Source: Campylobacterota bacterium
Lineage (GTDB): Bacteria > Campylobacterota > Campylobacteria > Campylobacterales > SZUA-545
Length of the DNA stretch: 36,283 nt
Direction: 5' to 3'
Assembly: GCA_003561815.1 (NCBI GenBank)
Contig: PWVP01000132.1
Span: 1 to 36,283, forward strand
Part shown: positions 28,459-36,283 of the stretch, one piece after another
Layout: every line of letters starts with the position of its first letter
How positions within the stretch are numbered: the first letter of the stretch is position 1
Notes under the pieces: generated by a model
Seen by the model: only the letters and a program-made list of their open reading frames with translations
Database searches by the model: none
Told to the model about the DNA's origin: nothing
Program-made: the position numbers and the translations under genes

Positions 28459-28511
28459 ATTATATCGCAGGGTGTGTTAGAGCGCAGGTTTTGGCCCCGG
28501 TGGCGTATAAT
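28459..28511. promoter_or_regulatory. Back-to-back -10 elements for the lapB operon (-) and dnaG (+)
   Basis: TATAAT on - at 28459-28464 and TATAAT on + at 28506-28511. Confidence 0.65.
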
Positions 28512-28518
28512 GGGCTCT

Positions 28519-30177
28519 ATGATCAAACAGGACTCAATCGAAGCGCTTAAAGCCCGGCTCGATATTGTCGAGGTGATCGGCAGCTATATCGAGCTCAAGC
28601 GCGCCGGTAGCACCTATAAGGGGTGCTGCCCCTTTCATGAGGAGCGCACACCCAGTTTTAATGTCAATCCCCAAAAGGGGTTTTACCACTGCTTTGGGTG
28701 CAAAGCGGGCGGGGATGTGATCCGGTTTGTCCAGGAGCATGAGCGCCTGGGCTTTAACGAAGCGGTGGAGAAGCTTGCCAGAGAGTACAACTTCGCCCTT
28801 GAGTTTGAGCAGGGCAGCCACGCTCCCAAGCCTAAAAACACCGCCCTTGTGGCGCTCAACCGGCTCTTTGTCGATACGCTGGGCCACCACCCCGAAGCGG
28901 CGGCCTACCTGCGCGATCGCGGCATCAGCGATGCGATGATTGAGCGCTTTGAGATCGGCTACGCCCCCGAAAGCCGCACACAGCTAGCCCGGCTTAGCCA
29001 GGAGAAGATCCCGCTACCCATGGCGATCGAGGCGGGGGGCTTTAGTGAGGGGGAGGGGGGCCGCCCCTACCCCCGCTTTATCGATCGGGTCACCTTCCCG
29101 ATCCATAATCCGCAGGGGGTGCTGGTGGGCTTTGGCGGGCGCACCCTGGGCAACCATCCGGCCAAATATGTCAACTCCGCACAGAGTGCGCTCTTTAATA
29201 AGTCGCGGCTGCTCTATGCCTACCACCTGGCCCGCGATCGGGTGCTCAAAACGAAGCGGCTGATTGTCGCCGAGGGGTATCTGGATGTGGTGATGCTCCA
29301 CCAGGCGGGCTTTGGTGAGGCGGTGGCCAGTCTGGGTACGGCCCTGACCGAGGGGCATCTGCCCCTGATCAAACGGCTGGATAATCCGGCGGTGATACTC
29401 GCCTACGATGGCGATAGTGCAGGCATCACCGCCGCCTACAAGGCGGCCACGCTTCTCTCGGCCCACGGCTTTAAGGGGGGGGTGGTGCTCTTTGAGGAGG
29501 GGCTCGATCCGGCCGACATGGTCAAAAACGGCCAGATCGAAGCGCTCAAAGCGCTGTTTGAGGGGGCTAAGCCCTTTGCCCACTTCGTGATCGATCGCCT
29601 GATTGAGGAGGCGATGGGCGAGTATGGGGGGCCAGAGGGGCGCGAGCAGGCGCGAAAACGGGTAGGGGCGTATCTCAATACCCTGGGCGCCCTCTCGGCG
29701 GAAGGGTTTGCCCACTACGCGGCCAGCCAGCTTGGAACCGATGTGCGCTATCTAAAGCCCCGATCGCAAGGGCGGCTCGCCCCCAGCAACAGCAGTCGCG
29801 CAGAGGGGGATCTCACCGAGCTGAGCGTCATTAAGACACTGCTTTTAGAGCCGGGGCTCTCTGAGGGGCTGATCGACTATCTGGATATCGGCCTCTTTGA
29901 GCGCCACGCGCAGCTCTTTGCGCTTATTGGGAGCGACCCCAACGAGCACGGTGAGCTGCGTGAACTTTTAAGCGATGATCGCATCCTGCCTCTAAGCGAG
30001 GAGGAGCTTCGCCAAAAGATCCGCCACCTGAGTATTGCACTGCTAAGGCGGCAGATGCGCCGTATCCGCACTATGCCGGGGGATTTTACGACCAAAAGCT
30101 TCCGGCTACGAAAGCTCCAGTCGGCACTCACGCAGCTTGAGCGCGGCCGACTGCTGCTGTGGGGCAGCTGGGACTAA
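28519..30177 (+). CDS. dnaG: DNA primase
   Basis: CHC2 zinc finger CPFHEERTPSF...CFGC, GFGGR, AKYVNS and TOPRIM EGYLDV...AYDGDSAG. Start ATG 28519. Confidence 0.98.
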   Translation: MIKQDSIEALKARLDIVEVIGSYIELKRAGSTYKGCCPFHEERTPSFNVNPQKGFYHCFGCKAGGDVIRFVQEHERLGFNEAVEKLAREYNFALEFEQGSHAPKPKNTALVALNRLFVDTLGHHPEAAAYLRDRGISDAMIERFEIGYAPESRTQLARLSQEKIPLPMAIEAGGFSEGEGGRPYPRFIDRVTFPIHNPQGVLVGFGGRTLGNHPAKYVNSAQSALFNKSRLLYAYHLARDRVLKTKRLIVAEGYLDVVMLHQAGFGEAVASLGTALTEGHLPLIKRLDNPAVILAYDGDSAGITAAYKAATLLSAHGFKGGVVLFEEGLDPADMVKNGQIEALKALFEGAKPFAHFVIDRLIEEAMGEYGGPEGREQARKRVGAYLNTLGALSAEGFAHYAASQLGTDVRYLKPRSQGRLAPSNSSRAEGDLTELSVIKTLLLEPGLSEGLIDYLDIGLFERHAQLFALIGSDPNEHGELRELLSDDRILPLSEEELRQKIRHLSIALLRRQMRRIRTMPGDFTTKSFRLRKLQSALTQLERGRLLLWGSWD

Positions 30178-30920
30178 AAGCGCAGCGCCGCCCCCATAAA
30201 GAGACCACCTACTGTCACATCGGCGTCGGCATCCACCCCGCTTAGACCATCGATATCGATCTTCTGGGTTCGATAGCCCGCCTCAATCGCCAGATCCACA
30301 ATCAGGCTCAACGGCACCCAGCTCACCGTCAAACGGCTGTCGCTAAAGCTTGAGCCGCTGTAGCGGATCATCTTCGTATCCGCCTCAAGCGTCACACCGG
30401 TGCCCGGAATCGGCACCGCCACAGCCAGATAGCCCACCGGCAGCACAAAGTCCAGATCGGTCTTCTCGCTCTGCCCTACACTGCTCATCGCCAACTCACC
30501 GTCAAAGAGCTTCGCCCCCAGGCCAAAGTCGATGCTCACCAGCGGCAGTGGAAAGCCCCAGTAGAGCAGCACATCGGTCTGGGTGAGATCCAGCGTGGTG
30601 TCTGCGTCCACTCCAAAGGTCTCATCGCCAAACGCGATTGTCTGCTTGGCCGATCCATCGAAGCTCAGACTGCTTCGCTCCAGACGCAGATTGGGGATCA
30701 CCGGAACGGGGTGGTTAAGATAGGCCCACATATAGAGGCTGTTTTCAGAGGAGAGGCCCGCATCCCGCTTGAGATTAAAGGCATCGCCTTCGTACTGTGC
30801 GTCACCGGAGGGCTCTGCCGACCAGATCCCCATCCCGGCACCAAAACCTAAAAACTCCGCCTGGGCGGCGCTGGCTAGCAGACCACTAAGGGCCAGGCCC
30901 GCTATAAACTTTCTCATCAT
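30174..30920 (-). CDS. Outer-membrane beta-barrel protein, TIGR04219-like
   Basis: Signal peptide ending AQA, the family motif HPVPVIPNLRL, amphipathic beta-strands and a C-terminal Phe. Confidence 0.8.
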   Translation of the reverse strand: MMRKFIAGLALSGLLASAAQAEFLGFGAGMGIWSAEPSGDAQYEGDAFNLKRDAGLSSENSLYMWAYLNHPVPVIPNLRLERSSLSFDGSAKQTIAFGDETFGVDADTTLDLTQTDVLLYWGFPLPLVSIDFGLGAKLFDGELAMSSVGQSEKTDLDFVLPVGYLAVAVPIPGTGVTLEADTKMIRYSGSSFSDSRLTVSWVPLSLIVDLAIEAGYRTQKIDIDGLSGVDADADVTVGGLFMGAALRF

Positions 30921-30967
30921 CCCTCTCCTTTTTGGTTTGGATTCAAACTTCTTTAAGCCTAAATCGT

Positions 30968-30973
30968 TAAAAT
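30968..30973 (+). promoter_or_regulatory. -10 element for tRNA-Ala
   Basis: TAAAAT 18 bp upstream of the tRNA 5' end, in an AT-rich intergenic region. Confidence 0.55.
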
Positions 30974-30991
30974 TTCGGCCTCACAACTTGT

Positions 30992-31067
30992 GGGGCTATA
31001 GCTCAGCTGGGAGAGCGCCTGCATGGCATGCAGGAGGTCAGCGGTTCGATCCCGCTTAGCTCCACCA
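30992..31067 (+). tRNA. tRNA-Ala (anticodon GGC)
   Basis: 76 nt GGGGCTATAGCTCAG...GGTTCGATCC...TAGCTCCACCA, with a G3-U70 pair, anticodon arm CCTGC-ATGGCAT-GCAGG and an encoded CCA. Confidence 0.98.
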
Positions 31068-31086
31068 ACTCACCCCGATCTTAACA

Positions 31087-32007
31087 CTAACGATTTCCAT
31101 CTAACCAGACCATGATCCCCTTTTGGGCGTGGAGGCGGTTTTCCGCTTCGGTAAAGATGGTCTCTGCGTGGGCCTCGAAGGTCTCTTCGCTCACCTCTTC
31201 GCCCCGGTGGGCCGGCAGACAGTGCAGAAAGAGTGCGCCCTCTTTGGCCAGCGCCATCAGCGACTCATCCACCGTAAAGCCGGCGAAATCTGTAAGCCGT
31301 TTTTCGTTTTCGGCCTCCTGACCCATGCTGGTCCAGACATCGGTGGTGACCACGGTGGCCCCGCTAACCACCGCCTTTGGGTCGTGGCCGTAACGGATGA
31401 TCGCGCCACTGCTTTTGGCAAAGCTCTCGGCCATCTGCACCCACCGATCGGGCAGCTCATACCCTTTGGGCGTGGCGATTCGCAGCTCAAAGCCCAGCTT
31501 GGCCGCGAGCATCAACCAGCTGGCCGCCATGTTGTTCCCATCGCCGATCCAGGCGACCACTGCCCCCTCGGCACACCCTCGCTCCTGCATCGTCATATAG
31601 TCCGCCATCAGCTGCACCGGATGAAAATCGTCACTCAGGCCGTTGATCACCGGCACAGGCGAGTGGGCGGCAAACTCCTCAAGCCGGGCGTGCTCAAAGG
31701 TGCGAATCATCACCATATCGCACATGCGGCCAATCACCCGGGCGGTATCTTTCATCGGCTCACCGCGTCCGAGCTGAATATCGCGGCTGGAGAGAAAGAG
31801 CGGATGCATCCCCAGCTGCCGTGCGCCCACCTCGAAGCTGACCCGGGTGCGGGTGGAGGACTTTTCAAAGATCATCGCGAGTGTTTTGCCGCTCATCAGT
31901 GGTTTAGCCTGGCCCGCTTTGAGATCGGCTTTGAGCCGGTGGGCGATGGAGAGCATCTCCAAAAGCTCCTCTTTTGAGAAGTCTTTAAGCCCTAAAAAGT
32001 GTCGCAT
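31087..32007 (-). CDS. argF: Ornithine carbamoyltransferase
   Basis: [36 protein letters not shown] and AENRLH. Start ATG 32007. Confidence 0.97.
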   Translation of the reverse strand: MRHFLGLKDFSKEELLEMLSIAHRLKADLKAGQAKPLMSGKTLAMIFEKSSTRTRVSFEVGARQLGMHPLFLSSRDIQLGRGEPMKDTARVIGRMCDMVMIRTFEHARLEEFAAHSPVPVINGLSDDFHPVQLMADYMTMQERGCAEGAVVAWIGDGNNMAASWLMLAAKLGFELRIATPKGYELPDRWVQMAESFAKSSGAIIRYGHDPKAVVSGATVVTTDVWTSMGQEAENEKRLTDFAGFTVDESLMALAKEGALFLHCLPAHRGEEVSEETFEAHAETIFTEAENRLHAQKGIMVWLDGNR

Positions 32008-32052
32008 TCTGGTTTCCTCACTCAAAATAGAAGCGCTAAGTCTATCACAAAC

Positions 32053-33042
32053 CTAAAAGAGGCGCAGCTGCCGATCGAGTAGCGCACAGAGCTCTCTGGC
32101 GTGGTAGGTGATGATCAGATCCGCCCCGGCGCGCTTAAAGCTCACCATCGTCTCCATCAGAACCTTCTCATACTCGATCAATCCCGCCCTCTGTGCCGCT
32201 TTGAGCATCGCATACTCGCCGCTGACATTATAGACCGCCAAGGGCCGATCGCTCGCTTCACGGATGGCCCGCACCACATCCAGATAGGCCAGAGCCGGTT
32301 TGACCATCAGCACATCGGCCCCTTGCGCCTCATCTTCGAGGCTCTCAAGCACCGCCTCGCGGGCGTTTCGCGGATCCATCTGATAGGTGCGCCGATCGCC
32401 GTGCGAGGGGGCCGATTCGGCCACATCCCGAAAGGGACCGTAGTACCCGCTCGCAAACTTTGTCGAATAACTCATAATGGGCAGATTCTCATAACCGGCA
32501 CTATCAAGCGCCGTGCGGATCGCGGCGATCATGCCGTCCATCATCCCTGACGGGGCGATCATGTCCGCACCCGCTTGAGCGTGGATAATCGCCTGATCGC
32601 CGAGCAGCTTGAGCGTGGCGTCGTTGGCCACGCTACCGGTTTTGGGATCGAGGATGCCGCAGTGGCCGTGATCGGTGTACTCACAAAAGCACAAATCGGT
32701 CATCACCACCAGATCGGGCAGGGCCGCTTTAAGCGCGCGCACGGTGGTGGCGATAATCCCCTCGCTGCTGAGCGCATCGCTGCCGACACTATCTTTTACA
32801 TCGGGGATCCCAAAGAGCATCACCGCACAAATCCCCTCGGCATAGGCCGCCTCGGCCTCTTTGATCAGCTCATCGATGCTCAGCTGAAACACGCCGGGCA
32901 TGGAGGCCACTTCGTTTCGGATCCCCTCGCCAAAGCGGGCAAAAAGCGGATAGATCAGATCGGTTTTTTTCAGATCGGTTTCGGCCAGCAGGTTTCGTAG
33001 ATTTTCACTCTGTCGTAGACGCCGAAAGCGTTTATGCTCCAT
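32053..33042 (-). CDS. hemB: Porphobilinogen synthase (Zn-binding type)
   Basis: [39 protein letters not shown] and YNVSGEY. Start ATG 33042. Confidence 0.98.
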   Translation of the reverse strand: MEHKRFRRLRQSENLRNLLAETDLKKTDLIYPLFARFGEGIRNEVASMPGVFQLSIDELIKEAEAAYAEGICAVMLFGIPDVKDSVGSDALSSEGIIATTVRALKAALPDLVVMTDLCFCEYTDHGHCGILDPKTGSVANDATLKLLGDQAIIHAQAGADMIAPSGMMDGMIAAIRTALDSAGYENLPIMSYSTKFASGYYGPFRDVAESAPSHGDRRTYQMDPRNAREAVLESLEDEAQGADVLMVKPALAYLDVVRAIREASDRPLAVYNVSGEYAMLKAAQRAGLIEYEKVLMETMVSFKRAGADLIITYHARELCALLDRQLRLF

Positions 33043-33073
33043 AACACCATCCTTAGCTTCTCGTAAATCGGAC

Positions 33074-33099
33074 GATTTTAACCAGAGTTGGTTAAAATC
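33074..33099. promoter_or_regulatory. Palindromic bidirectional promoter (hemB / ribA)
   Basis: GATTTTAACCA-GAGT-TGGTTAAAATC is a perfect 11-bp inverted repeat in which each arm contains an outward-facing TAAAAT. Confidence 0.7.
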
Positions 33100-33105
33100 C
33101 GCGCC

Positions 33106-33684
33106 ATGAACGAAACCGAAGTGACCCTCTCTAGTGTCGCCAATCTTCCCAGCCGACACGGGCCTTTTAAGGTGCAGGCCTTTAAGGAGGGGCACAAAGA
33201 GCATCTGCTGATCTGGACCGAAAACCTCGCGTGTGAAGCGCCACTGGTGCGGGTGCATAGCGAGTGCGTGACCGGCGATGCGCTGGGTAGCCGCAAGTGT
33301 GACTGCGGCGATCAGCTCGATCAGGCGATGTTTCTGATCCAGAAGGCCGGCTGTGGGGCGATTTTATATCTGCGCCAGGAGGGGCGCAATATCGGTCTGC
33401 TCAACAAAATCAACGCCTATGCGCTTCAGGATCAAGGGCTCGACACCGTCGCGGCCAATCATCAGCTAGGGTTTGCCGACGATGAGCGCAGCTACGAGAT
33501 TGCGGAGTTCATGCTGGAGCATCTAGGACTTAAACAGATCCGTCTGCTGACCAACAACCCCAACAAGCTCGAAAGCTTTGCTAAGATCACGATCGCAGAG
33601 CGGGTGCCACTGATTGCCGAGCCCAACGAGTACAATCGCGGCTACCTGCAGACCAAAAAGGAAAAGAGCGGCCATCTGCTCTAG
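33106..33684 (+). CDS. ribA: GTP cyclohydrolase II
   Basis: [28 protein letters not shown] and LLTNNPNK. Start ATG 33106. Confidence 0.97.
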   Translation: MNETEVTLSSVANLPSRHGPFKVQAFKEGHKEHLLIWTENLACEAPLVRVHSECVTGDALGSRKCDCGDQLDQAMFLIQKAGCGAILYLRQEGRNIGLLNKINAYALQDQGLDTVAANHQLGFADDERSYEIAEFMLEHLGLKQIRLLTNNPNKLESFAKITIAERVPLIAEPNEYNRGYLQTKKEKSGHLL

Positions 33685-33695
33685 GGAGGCGCCCC

Positions 33696-33998
33696 ATGCC
33701 CAATAGCACTATGGACAAAGCTAAAGCGCTCCAGATACTGCGAGAGCACAAGCTGGAGTTTGCCCGCGATTTCGGCGTGGAGGAGATCGGGATCTTTGGC
33801 AGTTACGCGAGCGATCGGGCAACCCCTCAAAGCGATATGGATATATTTGCCAAGATGCCTCCGAAGTTTGATCGGGTGGTCCGGCTGCAAGAGCGACTCG
33901 AAAAGCTGCTCGGATGCCGTGTGGACCTCATCCGTTTGCGCAGCCAAATGAACGCCAGGCTGCGCGAAAACATCCAAAGAGAGGGGCTCTGTGCTTAG
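33696..33998 (+). CDS. Minimal nucleotidyltransferase (MntA-like antitoxin)
   Basis: About 100 aa with a GSx10DxD motif (FGSYASDRATPQSDMD) and LGCRVDL; overlaps the downstream HEPN gene. Confidence 0.9.
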   Translation: MPNSTMDKAKALQILREHKLEFARDFGVEEIGIFGSYASDRATPQSDMDIFAKMPPKFDRVVRLQERLEKLLGCRVDLIRLRSQMNARLRENIQREGLCA

Positions 33999-34380
33999 CC
34001 CAAATCAACGCGAAGATGTTTGCTCTACGCTGGAGAATATCCAGTTCTCTTTGGAGCTAATCGCCGAAAGATTTCAATCCATCCGGACAAGCGATGATTT
34101 TCTCGATAGCAAAGAGGGGCTAGAGCACCTCGACTCCATCTCCATGAGGCTGATTGCCATCGGTGAGGCCTTCAAAAATATCGACAAAATCAGTGATGGT
34201 GCCCTGCTTGAACCCTATCGTGATATTGAGTGGCGAGGGATAAAAGGGATCCGCGATAAGCTCTCGCACCACTATTTTGATATCGATAGCGAAATCATCT
34301 TTGATATTTGCGACACCCGGCTCAAGAGGCTCGCCTGGGCTGTAGACGACATGCTGCAGCGCCTAAAGGCTCAGGCTTGA
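33991..34380 (+). CDS. HEPN/DUF86 ribonuclease toxin (HepT-like)
   Basis: IGEA and WRGIKGIRDKLSHHYF (RX4HXY motif); paired with the MNT gene. Confidence 0.9.
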   Translation: MLSPNQREDVCSTLENIQFSLELIAERFQSIRTSDDFLDSKEGLEHLDSISMRLIAIGEAFKNIDKISDGALLEPYRDIEWRGIKGIRDKLSHHYFDIDSEIIFDICDTRLKRLAWAVDDMLQRLKAQA

Positions 34381-34403
34381 CACAGCAAGAAGAGGGTGCC
34401 TAA

Positions 34404-34985
34404 ATGGAGGTGCTAAAAGAGCGACTTTTGGCCCACCGCCTGATCCTGCCAGAGCACTTTTATGATCGCTGTGCGCAGTACGCCAGTGCGCTGCTGGCGT
34501 GGAATAAGATCCACAACCTCAGCGGCGCAACGACGCTGGGGCAGCTGCGCGATCACCTCTTTGACAGCCTCTATCCGCTCACCTTTTTAGAGGACTTTGA
34601 GAGCGCGATCGATATCGGCACGGGTGCGGGGTTTCCAGGGCTGATCCTGGCGATGGCTAAAGAGCGCAGCCGCTTTGAGCTGATCGAGCCGCTTCAGAAG
34701 CGGGCGGGGTTTTTGCAGTTTGTGGTGAGCACGCTCAAGCTGAGTAATGCCACGGTGGTTAATAGCCGCATCGAACAGCTCACCCCCCACCGGGTGGACC
34801 TGATCACCTCCCGGGCGGTCAGTAGTGCTAAAAACCTCTACGATCTGAGCCTTCCCTTTATGGATCGCCAGACGCAGCTGCTTCTCTATAAAGGCCAAAA
34901 CACCGCCGATGAGGCTGAGAGCATCCAGGCAGAGCGCATTCGCGCAGAGCACGCAACCTATCTACTGGCAAGGAGAGCGCCATGA
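34404..34985 (+). CDS. rsmG: 16S rRNA m7G527 methyltransferase
   Basis: WNKIHNLSG, HLFDSL, DIGTGAGFPG, ITSRAV and YKG. Confidence 0.96.
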   Translation: MEVLKERLLAHRLILPEHFYDRCAQYASALLAWNKIHNLSGATTLGQLRDHLFDSLYPLTFLEDFESAIDIGTGAGFPGLILAMAKERSRFELIEPLQKRAGFLQFVVSTLKLSNATVVNSRIEQLTPHRVDLITSRAVSSAKNLYDLSLPFMDRQTQLLLYKGQNTADEAESIQAERIRAEHATYLLARRAP

Positions 34986-35203
34986 TCTCAATCGGAAAAC
35001 TGCTGGTGCTGGCGCTGCTGCTTGTGGGGGTCTATTTCCTCTTCTTTCGCAAGCCGCGCAAAAAGCCCAAAGCCCCGCCAAAGCACGGGGAGGAGACCCT
35101 GACCCCCTGCGAGGCGTGTGGCACCTATGTCAGCCACGGTGAAGCGGTGATCAAAGATGGCCGCTTCTTCTGCTCCAAAAGCTGTGCTAAACTCCCTAGG
35201 TAA
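34982..35203 (+). CDS. PP0621-family small membrane protein with a putative metal-binding motif
   Basis: N-terminal TM helix followed by CEACGTYV...FFCSKSC. Confidence 0.8.
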   Translation: MISIGKLLVLALLLVGVYFLFFRKPRKKPKAPPKHGEETLTPCEACGTYVSHGEAVIKDGRFFCSKSCAKLPR

Positions 35204-35212
35204 GGAGCAAAA

Positions 35213-35578
35213 ATGGTTCTCATCGGAATTCATCCGGCTGTCGATCATGAAAAAGAGGTCTGCTTTCTAAAAAGCGCAGAGGCGATCAGCACCACCCCCA
35301 CCGGAAGTCTGGTGGTGCTCGATTTTAACGAGTCGGATCTGGCGCTCTATGCCACCTGCGAGGTGCCGCTGGGGGGGATCGTGCACAATATCCGGGAGTT
35401 TGTGCTTCTGATGAACACCCGTGTGCGCTACGCGATCGCCTCTTTAGAGCTGGCCGCGGAGCTGCAAAAGCTCGCCGATCACTACCTGAGCGATGTGAAG
35501 GTGCTCGCCCACACGAAAGCTTCGGCGCTGGATACGGTGGCGCTGGCGGGCATCGACGGCATCCTGGTTAAGGCGTAG
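35213..35578 (+). CDS. Hypothetical protein
   Basis: Strong TAAGGAG RBS, co-oriented in the operon, typical codon usage. Confidence 0.75.
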   Translation: MVLIGIHPAVDHEKEVCFLKSAEAISTTPTGSLVVLDFNESDLALYATCEVPLGGIVHNIREFVLLMNTRVRYAIASLELAAELQKLADHYLSDVKVLAHTKASALDTVALAGIDGILVKA

Positions 35579-35582
35579 CGCC

Positions 35583-36283
35583 GTGGTGCGCAGCGCGATC
35601 GCCTCTTTGGCGCTGGCAACGCTGCTGCTGGCCGAAGTGCTTGTCGGCACCGCTCCCCAAGGGGGCGAAGATCGCTTTGTGCCCGATGGGGCCGATCTGA
35701 GCGTCTCGGTCTGGAGCGAGGGGCTGAGGGTGCCGTGGTCGCTGGTGTTTCTACCCGATGGGCGTGCGCTGGTGAGCGAACGAAACGGCGCCATTCGCCT
35801 TATCGATACCGAAGGACGGCTGCAAGAGGAGCCGCTAATAAGGCTGAGTGTCCACCATGAGGGCGAAGGGGGGCTGATGGGGCTGGCGCTGCATCCGGAG
35901 TTCCCCCAAAAGCCGTGGCTCTATGCGATGCACACCCACCGCGAGGGGCGCACCCTCACCAATCGGGTGGTGCGGCTGATCGTCACAGATGATCGCGCCC
36001 GTTTGGATCGCACCATCGTCGAGGGTATCCCCGGTGCACGCTTTCACAACGGCGGACGCATCGCTTTCGGCCCTGATGGTTACCTCTATATCACCACCGG
36101 CGAGATCTTCGATCGCGCCATTGCGCAGGATGTCGAAAATCTCGGCGGCAAGATTCTGCGCGTCGATGAATCAGGCACCATACCGGCGGATAACCCCTTT
36201 GAAAACGCGGTCTATAGTCTGGGGCACCGCAACCCGCAGGGGCTGGCGTGGCACCCTGAAAGCGGCGCGCTTTTTAGCAGTGA
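35583..36283 (+). CDS. PQQ-dependent sugar dehydrogenase (GSDH/Asd beta-propeller family), 3'-truncated; not in ORF track
   Basis: Manual translation shows a signal peptide, PWSLVFLPDG, GEGGLMGLALHPEF, HNGGRIAFGPDGYLYITTGE, GKILR, DNPF and YSLGHRNPQGLAWHP, with no stop before the window end. Confidence 0.92.
   Translation, partial: MVRSAIASLALATLLLAEVLVGTAPQGGEDRFVPDGADLSVSVWSEGLRVPWSLVFLPDGRALVSERNGAIRLIDTEGRLQEEPLIRLSVHHEGEGGLMGLALHPEFPQKPWLYAMHTHREGRTLTNRVVRLIVTDDRARLDRTIVEGIPGARFHNGGRIAFGPDGYLYITTGEIFDRAIAQDVENLGGKILRVDESGTIPADNPFENAVYSLGHRNPQGLAWHPESGALFSS

Noticed and set aside
30992..31090. tRNA-Ala as an integration site
   Set aside because: I saw no duplicated tRNA 3' end and no integrase. 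argF ends about 20 bp downstream.
31123..31977. 284-aa ORF antisense to argF, just after the tRNA
   Set aside because: Considered as an integrase or cargo gene, but it has no tyrosine or serine recombinase motifs and mirrors argF codons.
33043..33105. FMN riboswitch upstream of ribA
   Set aside because: The intergenic region is only 63 bp and the transcript appears leaderless, so there is no room for an RFN element.
1..36283. CRISPR array, IS element, prophage, retron or DGR
   Set aside because: I saw no spaced direct repeats, transposase, reverse transcriptase or phage genes. Intergenic gaps are all under about 200 bp.

Overview
This is a densely packed, mostly housekeeping chromosomal segment from an unusually GC-rich (about 60% by eye) member of the Campylobacterota (Epsilonproteobacteria). 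The assignment rests on Campylobacter/Helicobacter-type gene orders (ksgA-rnj-rluB; PNP-like-rlmN; fdx-ndk-yceD-rpmF-plsX-fabH; dnaG divergent from lapB-rnhA-rnc-aroC; argF-hemB divergent from ribA-rsmG) and on -10-only TAnAAT promoters. The window holds about 40 CDSs, including rpmF and a 3'-truncated PQQ sugar dehydrogenase that the ORF track missed, plus tRNA-Ala(GGC). Accessory content comprises pstAB and a PiT transporter, a two-component pair, a partial type II secretion cluster (gspG, H-like, F, J-like), an atypical pyruvate kinase, a TIGR04219-like outer-membrane barrel and an MNT/HEPN toxin-antitoxin pair inserted between ribA and rsmG. I found no CRISPR array, IS element or prophage, and no clearly new multi-gene system. 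The most unusual signals are in the DNA itself: window-wide over-representation of the palindrome CGATCG/GCGATCGC (like cyanobacterial HIP1), two parS-like sites, a four-unit 11-bp-phased Pho-box-like array upstream of pit, a palindromic bidirectional hemB/ribA promoter, probable leaderless dnaG and ribA mRNAs, and a codon-usage break inside pstA. All counts are manual and approximate.
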